Source of the DNA: Haliotis cracherodii
Taxonomy: Eukaryota
Length of the DNA: 64,000 nucleotides
Assembly: GCF_022045235.1 (NCBI RefSeq)
Contig: NW_027266264.1
Location: 15,004,001 to 15,068,000, forward strand
Reading direction: 5' to 3'
Positions 22,982 to 35,515 of this stretch are shown piece after piece. The notes under the pieces are model-generated. The model was not told where the DNA came from, searched no databases, and worked only from the letters and a program-made list of their open reading frames with translations. Position numbers and translations under genes: made by a program. How positions within the stretch are numbered: position 1 is the first letter of the stretch; each line of letters opens with the position of its first letter.

Positions 22982-24829
22982 AATATGTATTTGGGAGGAA
23001 CGGTAATTTGATTACCGATTAGTTGAAACAGAAAACATGGGAAGTTAATGTAATAATTTAACGTATACCTAAGCTTACAAATTGGAGTAGATTTTGCAAT
23101 CGTAATTAGAGAACAATTTAAGTCCTCCCGGTAGGTTCAGTATCTCTGTATTTCTGTAACTATTCTCAGTGCCGTAGTAGGCCGGGGACAGGGGGGCAGT
23201 TCTCCCCTGTAAAAAAACCGTTAACTACGGCCTTGATTGTACCTTAAGTCCCCACCCTCATATACCTCGTATAATATATGTGTAGCCCACGTATGCCGTG
23301 GCTCAACTATATGAGTGTTAATAAAGTTCTGCCTTGTTCTGTTATGTTCCGTTCTGAGAATAGCAGAACCAGTAAACAAAAACCGTGGGTGCAAGATGCC
23401 AGGGTGCGAGACTGAGATTCTTTGATTTGTAAGGACAGCACCCGTGCTCGTGGCTTTCACTTGTATCACTTCGGACTTTTCTCAAGTATCAAACTGTCTC
23501 GTCGTAATATAGACTGTTCAAAGCGGTGCGCGAATCCACAGACATTGGCTTTAATGCCGACGTCATTTGTATGTTTTGATTTATTAAGAAACATACATGT
23601 AAACAACAATATGTCAAAAATAGACACATAGAGGAAGATGACACGAAAACACATCAAAAGAAACCCGTTCGTTGCGACCAATCTCGACGAAGACGAGTTT
23701 ATGACATGCACCCATGATGGATTGGTGACTAAATAATGCCCGAGGCTGCGGCTAGGCTACAACACCCTTACCTGTTCGGGAACTGCTTGTGGCAAAATAA
23801 TTAATGCGTATTATGAACTACTTTCAGTACAGAGTGCCAATGATCTCGCTCGGAAACATATTGTTGAATTGTATATAAATATCCTCGGCGACTAAAACAG
23901 GAAAGATATATGAGCCGTCTGATGTTATTTTCTAATGTCCACAGGAAATATACAACGTCTCTATCATTGTATTGCAAACATTAAACCGATTGTACATTTT
24001 CAGTGTGAGACATTCTTTTGTATGTTTTTAATTCGTTAAAGTGTTTTACAAGGTGATCGACTACTTGACCCCGAAGACATGACGTACACTGATAGGAGCG
24101 CTGAAAGATGAAAAGGCATCTTTTTATTTAATCATTTTATTTATGTCAACTGTCTTCATCGACCGATCTGAGTACGAGTTCACAGCAAAAACAGATTAAC
24201 GTCACACTGCTTGCATGCTTCTACATATGTATCGAAATATTTTCACAAAATGGTTCAATAACTCAAATGGCTAAGGTTCCATTTTCGTATGTATATTGTT
24301 CAAGCAAATTGTGTATGTTTTGTAAACACAATGTTATGGTAAATTTTATTCTAATTTGACATCCAGTATCTAGATAAAGCAAATGTAAGTCATCGGAGAT
24401 CAAAACTGATAGTATATGTACTTGAATGAACAATTTTGACAATGAAGAGTGTGGTCCAATCGAAATTGATGTCAAATTTCGAAAATAACTCGCAAGATAC
24501 TTTTCTGATTAGCAAGATACTTTAAACCTCAAAGGATGCATCCAGGCCTCATAAGATACGTTAAAGACCTGTACGTTTAAGCTTCATGAGATACGTCCAA
24601 TCTCTGAAACTCTAGGTACAATATGTTCAAGCTGTATAAGATACCACTAAGCTTTATAGAATGCACTCGAACTTCATGCAATTCGTTCAAGCTTCACAAA
24701 ATACGCACAAGCGTCATGAGATATGTCTAAATTTCATAATATGCATCCAAGCTGCACGCAGATACATTCAAGCTTCACTAGAAGCAAGGTACATATATAA
24801 ATGCGCAATATATGCAGCTTTGCATTTTT

Positions 24830-25075
24830 TTGTTTGTTGTTTAACGCCGCACTCAGCAATATTCCAGCTATATGACGGCGGTCTGTAAATAATCGAGTCT
24901 GGACCAGATCATTCAGTGATTGACATCATGATCATCGAATAACGTAATTGATACCGATGACATGCATCAACCAAGTCAGCGAGTCTGACCACCCGATCCC
25001 GTTAGTCGCCTATAACGACAAGCATAGTCGCCTTTTACGACAAGCATGGGTTGCTGAAGCCCTATTCTTCCCCTA
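24830..25075 (-). mobile_element. SINE (family A; abundant abalone-type repeat)
   Basis: GTTTGTTGTTTAACGCCGCACTCAGCAATATTCCAGCTATATGACGGCGGTCTGTAAATAATCGAGTCTGGACCAGA..., with at least 6 related copies in the window. Confidence 0.82.
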
Positions 25076-26986
25076 TTCCCTCGAGGAGTATCGGATACTC
25101 TAAGTTGCACATCCAGGTACTTCATGCATGATCCACGCACCAAATAATAACAGGACTGTAGCCCAATTCAGTTTGACAGTTTCTCTTAGCTTTTTCACAG
25201 TCTTCACAATATTCTCGGCCAAATAATGAATGAGTCATACATTAGGATATTTTCAGTTCCTTAATGGCATGCCTCGAAAAATAAGTCACGGGATCACGTC
25301 AATTATGGAAGAAGCTTTAAAAACTTAATGGGTGTGTGCATAATCTTTCATGGGTCCGTTATTTTTGACACAATGACTTTGTGTGTTAAACTTTAACATG
25401 AAGTTACCTGCATAAGAACAATGTAAAATATAATATAAATCTAAATTGGGAGAATGATGCTTTAAAACGCTATGCTTTACGATCTATATAAATACAATAC
25501 ATGCCATCTGCTTTCTCTAAGTATATTTTTTTTAAATATTTAAAAAACAGCAATTCATAATTGTTGTCACTTCATCGCGTCCATTCATTAAAAATGAATC
25601 GATCACGTCCGTTAAAAACATCAGCAGTTAAGTTGTGTGATTCATGAAGATTAGTGACTGTTTAAAGTCGAAACTTATCTTAGTGATGTTCATTGAGGCC
25701 AGCGACAACCCCGGCTACGAGAAGTCATCGCAGGATAGTCATAAGACCCCATAGAGCCATTTTCGTGAGTATTTGGAATCTATTACACTGGACTTGAAGA
25801 CATGTGGACCGTTACTTACTTGTGCATGCCAAACTGATTGTTGTATATGGCATTTACAAGCCTAAACGTATATTTACACATATCTATGTAGATATACATT
25901 ATATATAATTTTGTCAAAATTAACAACCTTGTAAATTTCAAAGGTAATACTAGGATATCTAGATAATTGTCTGACGATAAAAGAAAAGTGAGTTATACAC
26001 ATGCTGCTGCATAGCATCATTATATTTTCACGTGACTGTTTTTAATATAAAATATTTTGAATATGCTATGTCTGATATCGTGACATTATGACAATATGCA
26101 CAGTTTTAAATGTACACAGTACAATGCATGGCTTATTGTACCATTTTGACAACACTGGTAGTATTTGATGATAAAACATATTGTTATCAGACGGATGATT
26201 ATGCTTAACAATATTCTTGAAATTTAGAGTGTACAATAAGGAGTTACAGTGTTACAATAATGTTACGGTGTTGTAATTGTCGTGGATGGGAGCCCTCCAA
26301 ATCCGATGCGAAAATGAACACTTTCAGAGGGAAGTGAAGGTGAACTGCCTCACAAACACAATCGGCATCCTATTTGCCCACATCAGTACAGGAAACTGAA
26401 CTCAGAAGGTTGTGATAATCATTGGGAGGTTCTGGTTGATTTAATAGAATAGTTTCCAAAATAAAGATGGATTATAATCAGTTATGCTTCTGTAAATATA
26501 AGCGACAAACCTCATTCCATCATCATAGGAAATCTCTAGAGTCCATTCTACGACTATACATGTATAAATCAGCATGTTTATCAACCACTGCCTAACAGTG
26601 ATGATACCAGGTGTTCGCGAAAAGGGCAGCCTATCTTGGTGGTACATTTGCTGGACCACGCAATATACCTCTCATTATACCCCCTCTTGAAAAGAATCCA
26701 TAAATCCCTGATAATTGAACATATGTTTTCTTATCTTGGAAGTTCTAATAATCCAAAAAGAAATTACAATGTATAAAGTGCTTGGTGAAATAGCCTATTA
26801 CCTTTCTATAGGGATGTCCAAGCAAGAGTAGCATTCTAGTTATCACAACAAGTGTCTGGATAAGTGGGGTTCGACTGTACATACTAAAAGTAGTTTTGCT
26901 CTGATCGACACAAACCATTAGTCTATACATTTTCACATTACTTACGGCAGCAAAACATTCCTTGTTTGTAATTTCAGACTGTGAAA

Positions 26987-28264
26987 ATGGGATTGATGGG
27001 TTTTCGGTTACTGTTGGCAATGCTAACAACAGCTGCAGTTGCTGACGCATATCAACCAAAAGGGAAGGGTTATAGCATTCCACGGGTTCACCCAAAGGGA
27101 TCACATCCAGTTCACCCGAAAGGAAATATCGTCGCACCCGATACTCCTGACTTGAAAGAGCCTTTACTTCCTCAACTTCCACTGTATTTAAACCCAAAGG
27201 GTTCATTTCTCCATGACCGCAGACGTTTAACACCTGTGAACCCGAAAGGAGCTATATTACCTTCAAGACCCTACTTTCCACGTAACGATCTGCGAGGGTC
27301 CTACTTTCCTGCGGCCCCTAAAGGTCAGCTAGAACCACACACTTCATTAGGATTACATCAACCCTTAAATCCTAAAGGTTCACTAGCTCAGCCGACACAA
27401 CCCTTAAATCCTAAAGGTTCACTAGCTCAGCCGACACAACCCTTAAATCCTAAAGGTTCACTAGCTCAGCCGACACAACCCTTGCATCCAAAAGGTACCC
27501 TAGACATGCCGAAATGGAAACAAACTTCATCGACACAGATGAAAAAGTCCTACTCTGCAGAATACAAAAAAGAAACTTGGAACAAAAAGAAAGAAACAAA
27601 TACTGTTTACCCCAATTATCCCTCTGACCCATCGGCCAACAAGCCAACCGTTTCTCCTTGGGACAAGAAGAAGGAAACACACCCTTCCAACCAACACAAT
27701 TCATGGGTCAATAGCAAAACTAACCCCACCAAATCCAATCAACAAACAAATGAACCTTCTGGACAAGTGAAGGATCTTAATAGCCAAGATCAACGTCAAA
27801 ACCCATCTGTAGAACGTGTTAACCCGACTAACCATGGTCAACAAGGAAACAGTATTGATACAATTGGACAAAACACAAACAACCAAGACCAAGGTCTGCC
27901 GCCAAGTCAACCTGGAAGTTGGCAACAGACAAACCCATCCACCAATAACCAGTTCCCTCGTGACACGTGGCAAGTGGTAGACCCATCAACTCAAGGCCAA
28001 AATCCATCTGACCCTTGGCAGACACAAGGTCAGCCTCAAAATCCATCTGACCCTTGGCAGACACAAAACCAACCTGACACGTGGCAAGTGGTAGACCCAA
28101 CAACCCATGGCCAAAATCCATCTGACCCTTGGCAGACACAAGGGCAACCTGACCCATGGCAAGGGGTAGACCCATCAACCCAAGGTCGGCCTCAAAATCC
28201 ATCTGACCCTTGGTCACCAAGTGGTTACCAACAGACCAAATCACCCAATGCAATAGCTGGTTAA
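26987..28264 (+). CDS. Secreted Cys-free Pro/Gln-rich repetitive protein X1 (PKG repeats, C-terminal NPSDPW repeats), 425 aa, single coding exon
   Basis: Splice acceptor TTTCAG at 26977, then ATG at 26987. Signal peptide MGLMGFRLLLAMLTTAAVADA, ten PKG motifs, 39-bp tandem unit QPLNPKGSLAQPT, five DPW motifs. 3'-UTR intron 28297-28488, AATAAA at 28692, conserved paralogue at 46266. Confidence 0.88.
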   Translation: MGLMGFRLLLAMLTTAAVADAYQPKGKGYSIPRVHPKGSHPVHPKGNIVAPDTPDLKEPLLPQLPLYLNPKGSFLHDRRRLTPVNPKGAILPSRPYFPRNDLRGSYFPAAPKGQLEPHTSLGLHQPLNPKGSLAQPTQPLNPKGSLAQPTQPLNPKGSLAQPTQPLHPKGTLDMPKWKQTSSTQMKKSYSAEYKKETWNKKKETNTVYPNYPSDPSANKPTVSPWDKKKETHPSNQHNSWVNSKTNPTKSNQQTNEPSGQVKDLNSQDQRQNPSVERVNPTNHGQQGNSIDTIGQNTNNQDQGLPPSQPGSWQQTNPSTNNQFPRDTWQVVDPSTQGQNPSDPWQTQGQPQNPSDPWQTQNQPDTWQVVDPTTHGQNPSDPWQTQGQPDPWQGVDPSTQGRPQNPSDPWSPSGYQQTKSPNAIAG

Positions 28265-28889
28265 CAAACGTCATGACGGTGCCTCCAATGAAATAAGTAA
28301 GTATATAAGTGAATCTGCAAAAACAGTAAAAGATTCAAATGGCGTAGACGTTTGTTCATGTGTGTATATGGTAATGCCTGAAATATGATGTTTCGCATTT
28401 ACGTTTATTATCGGAACTGTCTTTGTACCAATTAACATTTATATGATTAAGAGTTTATGTATTAACCCATTCTACCATGTTATGACAGGTACAAAGATCC
28501 TCCTTTCCCGTGCTTTTGGTCACAAACTCAGAACAATCGCAGGAACGTACAACAAGAAACTGGTCGATTCAAAGTCTATTCACTTGTGAGATTTCCGCTA
28601 ACAATACACAACATAAGCCGCCCCATTCAACTATATCACTATCTCATCTATGTGTTTCTACAATGAATATAGTTCCGCCGAGATCGAGATGAATAAATGA
28701 AAGAAGTTGTCGTCATTGTTTATGTTTTTGTATGCTTCGGATGTTCCCTTTCGTGACCCTTACAATTCCAGTGCCAAAGTGATATACGCTTTCATTTTCG
28801 TCATGTATTATAACGAATATATGTTAACACCGCTGACAACTGATTTATAGTATTTTAGTGATATCACGGGAGACAGATTGACGAATGAG

Positions 28890-28929
28890 GAAAGCCCGAA
28901 GTCTTAGACGTTTAGGGGTTTAACGTCGC

Positions 28930-28968
<39 letters not shown>

Positions 28969-29230
28969 TGTGTGTGTGCTTGACTGATGCCGAGTTATAG
29001 TGCTAGCCCACTGAGATACCATGACGCAGTTTAACATGATTACCCCACTCAGACACAGTATACTAGCTCCGGACCAAACATTCCTTGTTTTATCGCCTTA
29101 ATGCCGAGTGCAAGACAGGGTAACAACAAATACCATCTTTTAACGTCTTTTGGTATGACACGGCCGGGGATCAAACCCCGGACCTTCCGCTCTCCGGGCG
29201 GACGCTCTACCACAAGATCACAAGACACGG
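28890..29230 (-). mobile_element. Meta-domain-like tRNA SINE (family D) with (GCGT)n tract; partly duplicated inside a family-C SINE at 29500-29925
   Basis: Reverse complement matches 48594-48918; 28890-29130 is repeated almost exactly at 29576-29825. Confidence 0.8.
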
Positions 29231-29613
29231 ATATGGGACTGAGAAACCTAGAAACACAATCAGGGCAAACCAAGATTCCAACCAGCGACCATAGATTGTA
29301 GGGAAAGGGACGCAACATTGTACAGTGAAGTGCGGTACCTTTGACGACTGGACAACCTGTGCCCCCTTGAAACAATAAATCCAGAACTCACAGGTAGACA
29401 GTGACGTAACTCAACTTGTTTTGATATAAAAAATAATAGACACCATTGTGTTTGAAGGCTCATACAAGCTTCATATTCTTACGGAATGTTTCTGTTTGTG
29501 TGAGTGAGTTGGGTTTAACACCGCTTTTAACATTATTCCAGTTATATCACGGCGTGTCAGCTTAATGTAGGAGGGAAGCCCGAAGTCTTAGACGTTTAGG
29601 GGTTTAACGTCGC

Positions 29614-29656
<43 letters not shown>

Positions 29657-30374
29657 TGTGTGCTTGTACTAGTCCGGACTGATGCCGAGTTATAGTGCTA
29701 GCCCACTGAGATACCATGACGCAGTTTAACATGATTACCCCACTCAGACACAATATACTAGCTCCGGACCAAACATTCCTTGTTTTATCGCCTTAATGCC
29801 GAGTGCAAGACAGGGTAACAACAAATGCAGGTCTCAGACGTTTACCACTTCGGTGAAACCTACGAGTACGCGTATGGTGCTGACATACCTAGAAACATAA
29901 ACGACTGAGCCACCCGTGCCCCCATGTCTGGTTGACGTTGACGTTGAATGTTAAGGCCATTACTCATCACACACAGACAGACGTTTTATTCAGTAGTGAA
30001 AACCCACAGTACATTTGAAGTGACAGAATAATGTGTCACATAAAAATAGTTGCAACAAACATACAACTATGTTTTGTATAAAAGTAACACATGTTTTAGA
30101 AACAAAGCTAAAGAGTGGATATGGTTAACATGTTTCGAATTTAGTATATTGATAATTGTCTATTGATATTTGCACATTTTGAAAAGACATTGATTGGTGT
30201 CAGCTTTAAATATAAATATTTTTATCGCTTTGCGCAAATATACATAGAAACAGCATCTCGTCACCAACATTTTATTCAAGACGTACACGAACAAGGAGCA
30301 AATTGTCTCTATGTCTCACATCACTTATAATTAATAATAGAATTACAAACATTCTCGCATTCAGCAGACATGTA

Positions 30375-30605
30375 TAAACGGTTCAACCCCGTCTTTAGAA
30401 ATCCATGCTTGTCGTAAGAGGCGACTAACAGGATCGGATGGTAAGGCTCGCTGACTTGGTTGATGCATGTCCTCGTATCCCGATTGCGTAGATGGATGCT
30501 CATGATGTCAATCCCTGGAATGTCTGGTTCAGGATAATGTTTACAGATCGCCTTCATATAGATGGAATATTGCCGAGTGCGGCGTTAAACGACAAACAAA
30601 CAATT
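30375..30605 (+). mobile_element. SINE (family A)
   Basis: CCATGCTTGTCGTAAGAGGCGACTAAC...GGAATATTGCCGAGTGCGGCGTTAAACGACAAACAAAC. Confidence 0.8.
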
Positions 30606-31322
30606 AATCAAAGCGGCAGAAACGTCAGCACGCTCCTCTATTACTATCATGGCGATATTTTATGCCACAGTATCTAGGTGTCCGGGGTTAGGTAACGTCC
30701 GCTGTAAATATTAAGCTCTCTCCGTATTATTTTTTTGTCTCGATATATAGGAATGCATGGTTATTGCTGAGGACGATATTTACGAGCAGACGAGCATTAC
30801 ACCAAAATACTGATTATATTTATGTAAAGACAGCTCGTCATTGTGACGCGAAGGCCTCGAGTGGTGCTTCACACTCCATATCCTGTGCACTGTACCTTAA
30901 TCACTGTGAAGGCCTTTTTGTGTGACATCTACACCAATTAGTTTGGATTTTTCAATAAAGATTTCCCTTGCTCTGTTATATGATAAAGGTTTAGTACCTT
31001 TGAGTACATTTGTTTGCAACGATTGACTGAAGGAACGTTGTTTCACGATGTTTCAGCAACATTATACTCATGAAGTCATCCTAGAATTTAATATCTGATA
31101 GTCTGATATTCACCACTTCAGAAAATCTGAAAAACAAAAACAAAAGATAAGTGACATTTTTAAAACGTTAAATCTAGTAGAGAGGGAGTAGCAAAGACCT
31201 GTCATACTAAGAGATTACAGCTGGGGTCTCAGACTTGAGAACTAAATCAGGCATATGTCCTGCTCAATCAATAAGGACTTTAAGAACTAAATTGTTCTTC
31301 AGCTTCCAGATGTAGAACACGT

Positions 31323-31915
31323 CAATCTCATTAAAATCAGATCTTAGTTCTCACTATCGCGAAACAAAGATCTGAGGACATCCCATTACGGGTCACGTCA
31401 AAACGACGTTTCATTCGACCATTCAAAGCGTCGCTTACCAGATCATGAAAGTGACAGTCGGAATGTGTTTCTGATCATGCAACCTCGAAAATGTCAACAC
31501 AGGGTATTCCGAACGACAGCAACGGCCCGTACGACTGATTCCGTCAAAATGATCGTCTATCTCTTGCTTCCGTGGGATTTGAACGGAGGAGGCGTTGCAG
31601 AGTACGTGGGAAGCACTGCCATAACAACAATCTCAACAATATATTAGTCATTCCGGAATGTTCGTTTGTTCGGTTTTCAAAATTATAATCGAGAACTGTG
31701 TCAACATATTTTTCAAGCGTAGTCTTAAATGGAAGTTAATTGAAACGAGTGCCGTAAAGCTCGAGAAAGCTGCTTTCTATTTGGCTGATGTCGACTTCCT
31801 ATCAGTCATTTCAGTGGTCTGTCAAAGTTCGCGAAAGGTCGTTCTGACGTGACCCGTATTTGGATGTCCTCAGATCTTTGTTTAGCGGCAGAGAGAACTG
31901 ATTTTAATGAGATTG
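31323..31915. mobile_element. Non-autonomous DNA element (MITE) with ~85-bp terminal inverted repeats and ~10-bp TSD
   Basis: CAATCTCATTAAAATCAG...AAACAAAGATCTGAGGACATCC..TACGGGTCACGTCA is inverted at 31830-31915; flanks are TAGAACACGT and TAGAACATGT. Confidence 0.8.
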
Positions 31916-32068
31916 TAGAACATGTCTGACAGACACCAAATATCATTGATCCCACGGGGTAATCCTAACTGCTAATGCATAACTATCAAATTTGTCAAAC
32001 ACGGATTTCTTGCAACCACCTGCAAATGCAATACTTTCATTTAATTACAAACTATCAGCAACATAATA

Positions 32069-33490
32069 TACTGAACCGCAAAAGAAACGTCACCCCAAGT
32101 AACATTGCATGAAAAGTTGTCATTTAAATATCTGGGTAATTTTTGTCAAAGTTTCTAAAATTTATTATTACCTTGTCCAGAAAAATGAAATTTTATGAAA
32201 AAACCCCAAAGTAGATGACAAAAAAACGATCGCCCAAACGCATTACGGCAACGGCCATGGTAACCCGTGCAAATTGAAATGCACATCCGTTCCCCCATTT
32301 CTTGCCCTATAAAATCCACCCAGATCGGATAACATTCATTCGTTATGGAATTGCTACCACATGCCAAGATTGACAAGAAATCAGCGACACCAAGCCCTTG
32401 GACGATTGCAAGCTGGACAAACCACCCGGCAAGTAGCCAATGCATTTCAAGTCCACGTAAGGACCATATACAGGCTCCAGCAACGGTACCAGACCACCAA
32501 CACTACAGATGACCGAACACGTAGTAGAAGACCCAGGGTCACCACCCGACGTCAGGATCGTAAGATTGTGCGACAGCATCTTCAAGATCGCTTTGTTACT
32601 GCTGTGGAAACTGCTCGACAGACCATTGGGACCCACCAGCGACACATTAGTGCGGACACTGTGCGTCGACGATTGACGAGCAGACACCTCCACCTCTCAC
32701 ACCACGTCATCGCCGGGACCGTATTCAGTGGGCAACACAACACCAGCAATGCATATGGCGCCACCAGCAGTGGAGAAGAAGAGTCTCAACAGTAGATGGC
32801 AGAGAGAGAGTCTGGAGACGCCGTGGAGAAACACTATTCGCATGCTTGTGTAGTTGAGAGAGACTCGTGGGGTGGTCCGAGCATCATGGTGTGGGGTGGA
32901 ATTGGTCTTGCACAGAGGGTCGGCCCTGTGGTCTTCCAGAACATTAGTCCAGGGGGAGGTAATGGTGTCACAGTAGCTCAGTACATTGATCAAGTCTTGA
33001 GACCAAACGCCATACCTCATTTGGCACGTCGCAACCACGAGTTTCAGCATGATAACGCCCATGCCCACACTGCGAGAGCCACAAGAGACTTCCTCCAGCG
33101 GAATGGCATCAGAACCATGCAGTGGCCTGCCCTCAGTCCCGATTTAAATCCCACTGAGCACCTGTGGGACGAGATTCAAAGACGGCTGAATGACGTCCGA
33201 CCAAAGCCAACACCTACAGCTGAACTGCGTCAGGCGTTCCTCAGAGTGTGGGCTCAAGTGCCTATGGCCATCATCAACCGCCTCATCCATTCAATGTATT
33301 GACGTTGCACTGCAGTCATCAATGCACATGGCGGACACACGAGATACTGGCTTGTGATGCCATTTTCTCAGGGACTAATGTTTTGTTTCACTTTAAGAAC
33401 ATATGACACTTTAATTTCAACCTTGATAATCAGTTTCATCGTTTTACTTTGTCTCAAAGTATGTTTACAGTGTTTGGACAAATAAGGTTT

Positions 33491-33561
<71 letters not shown>

Positions 33562-33592
33562 TGCATGGTGACGTTCCTTTTGCGGTTCAGTA
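32069..33592 (+). mobile_element. Tc1/mariner (DD34E) transposon, defective transposase (32361-~33350)
   Basis: 26-bp TIRs TACTGAACCGCAAAAG(A/G)AACGTCACC with TA flanks. HTH MPRLTRNQRHQALGRLQAG, then SIMVWGGI, FQHDNA and WPALSPDLNPTEHLW. First catalytic region deleted; (TA)n at 33494-33558. Confidence 0.93.
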
Positions 33593-34119
33593 TATTTGAA
33601 CCTTTCAGCATCAAGAGAGAAATCCAGAACAAAGCTTATTGCCACCTAGGCACTACTAAAGTAATACTAGCCTTTGTCGTCACCAAATACATATAGGGGA
33701 CAACCCAGTTGTCATGCCATGACGGTGTTAGAACATCTGCTTATTCTGTGCCAGGGCACCAAGATCTGGAATTGAATCTGCCCAGCTTAGCATTAGGCTA
33801 GCATATCTATCAACAGTGTGTGGATCTCACTTCTGATTTAACAACTTGAAGACAACATCAGTAACAATCCATTCATCAGAATCTCCAAATTTACTTAACG
33901 CATCTGCTCTGAACGTGGAATCCAGTTAAACTTTATCCTTATGTCAGACACCCTAGCCATCCTGGACATTGGCATAGCAAGATACTGTAAAGATAAATTG
34001 AAACTACTAAAAGGAGCGATTTGACAGCAAGCCTTGCTCTGATCTGAGAACCACTTTACAGTGTGAATATACAAAACCTCTCTGTAAACGATACAGTTGT
34101 GTCGCATGAGACACTGGAT

Positions 34120-35515
34120 AGAACTGATGATGAGCCTAACCAGCCTGACTCTGCTAGGATCCCCCAAACCCTCTTTGATGCATTTCTTATCTTAATTTGT
34201 CGATAATAACAATAATAATAATCTTTCTGATCCCTTGTATATTTTGTTTATGCCATCAAATCTGCGATTTACCGATTGAGAAAAAGGTCAATAAAACAAA
34301 TTAACCAATCATTTCCACAGAATCAACTTAATAAATGAAACGACATTATTTCTGTTACTCTCAATGCGGACTGTTCTTTGCATGACATTACCTGTTGCGT
34401 GTATGCTGCTGCTCGAACACTGGAGGAACTCCATACAGTTTCCAAAGAAAATGAACCACAAAAAGGTAATAAACAAAAACATTAAACGAAAAACCGGTTT
34501 CAAATTAAACTGAATGAAACGAGGAAAGATGTTTCCTGGATAGAACGCTTAAAACTGCGTTCTTCAGGACAATCTATGTCAAAACGCCAGTGATCAATTT
34601 TGGGGGAAAATAAAAACAAAACACAAGACAACAAAGGAGAAAATTCTCAATCAAATTTCATAAAACAAAATAAATTGTTCAAATCAAATGAAAAAACAAT
34701 TTTACAGGTAATTACATGCAACCAATGAAAGAGATGAGAAAAGACCCACCGTGGATTCCTGTGAAAGGTTTTTGAAACAGTTGTGGTCTATACTCGGCAA
34801 CTGTAACCTCGAGGAACCATGGGTAGGGGATTACAATAAAGTTTACACGACAAAATAAGGTCAACATTGGTGTATTACACCTGACTGTCTGAAAAATGTA
34901 CTTAAAAAGTCCAAATCTAATACGGCGCCAGGGCCTGACGGTATTCGAAACCGGTATTGGAAACTGTTCCAATGTGTCCCTACGCCATTACTTATTACAT
35001 TATTTTAATTATCTTGTGGATACAGGGGGTGTTCCGCCTTGGTTGTGCAAAGGGCGAACAATACTTCTACCACAAAAGGGTATCTGACTGACACTGCAAA
35101 CGTCCTCCGCCGAATTACTCGTTTGAACATACAGTACAAAATATTTAAAGGGTGTCTTACAGATCTCGTGTCATCGTACTGCGCTTCCAATGACATTATC
35201 TACATGGAACATCCCAAGTACCGTGTAGAGGGGGCAAGGGCCCCGAGCTGATGATGCTAACAAGCATGTCTGTGCCAGGATCACCAAACCCTCTTTGCTG
35301 CATTTTGTATTTTTATCTGTTCTTAATGATAATAACACTGCAAATATGCAGACCTCGCTTATGAAATGTTACGCTTGTATCCCAAGTACCGTGTAGATGG
35401 GGGAAGGATCCTGAGCCGATGATGAGCCTAACTAGCCTGCCTGTTCTTGGATCACCCAAACCCTCTTTGCTGCAGTTTTTATTTTAATCTGTACTTCATA
35501 ATTATAACAACAGTT
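34120..35515 (+). mobile_element. Fragments of an R4/Dong-like (RLE-type) non-LTR retrotransposon: RT remnants and three copies of its 3' end
   Basis: PPWLCKGRTILLPQKG and RRITRLNIQYKIFKGCL remnants. A 3' module GATGATG..CTAAC.AGC.TG...CAAACCCTCTTTG.TGCA.TTT followed by TAA-rich sequence occurs at ~34127, 35250 and 35418, and ends the minus copy at ~58650-58750. Confidence 0.7.

Noticed and set aside
24480-24800. Degenerate ~22-bp AAGCTTCA..AGATAC repeat
   Set aside because: Too decayed to define, with no coding or structural signal; likely an old minisatellite.
26981-26986. GTG/TTG starts given by the ORF track (26981, 46260, 52513, 8524, 14933)
   Set aside because: Eukaryotic genes; splice acceptors lie at these positions and the true starts are downstream ATGs or upstream exons.
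27990-28215. DPW motifs as AP-2 alpha-ear ligands (epsin-like)
   Set aside because: The protein has a signal peptide and no ENTH or other cytosolic domain, so the motif would be extracellular.
32361-33302. Active or domesticated Tc1 transposases (also 50631-51635)
   Set aside because: Both carry frameshifts, stops or deletions in the catalytic region.
33368-33645. YIYIYI ORFs
   Set aside because: Translation of a (TA)n microsatellite.
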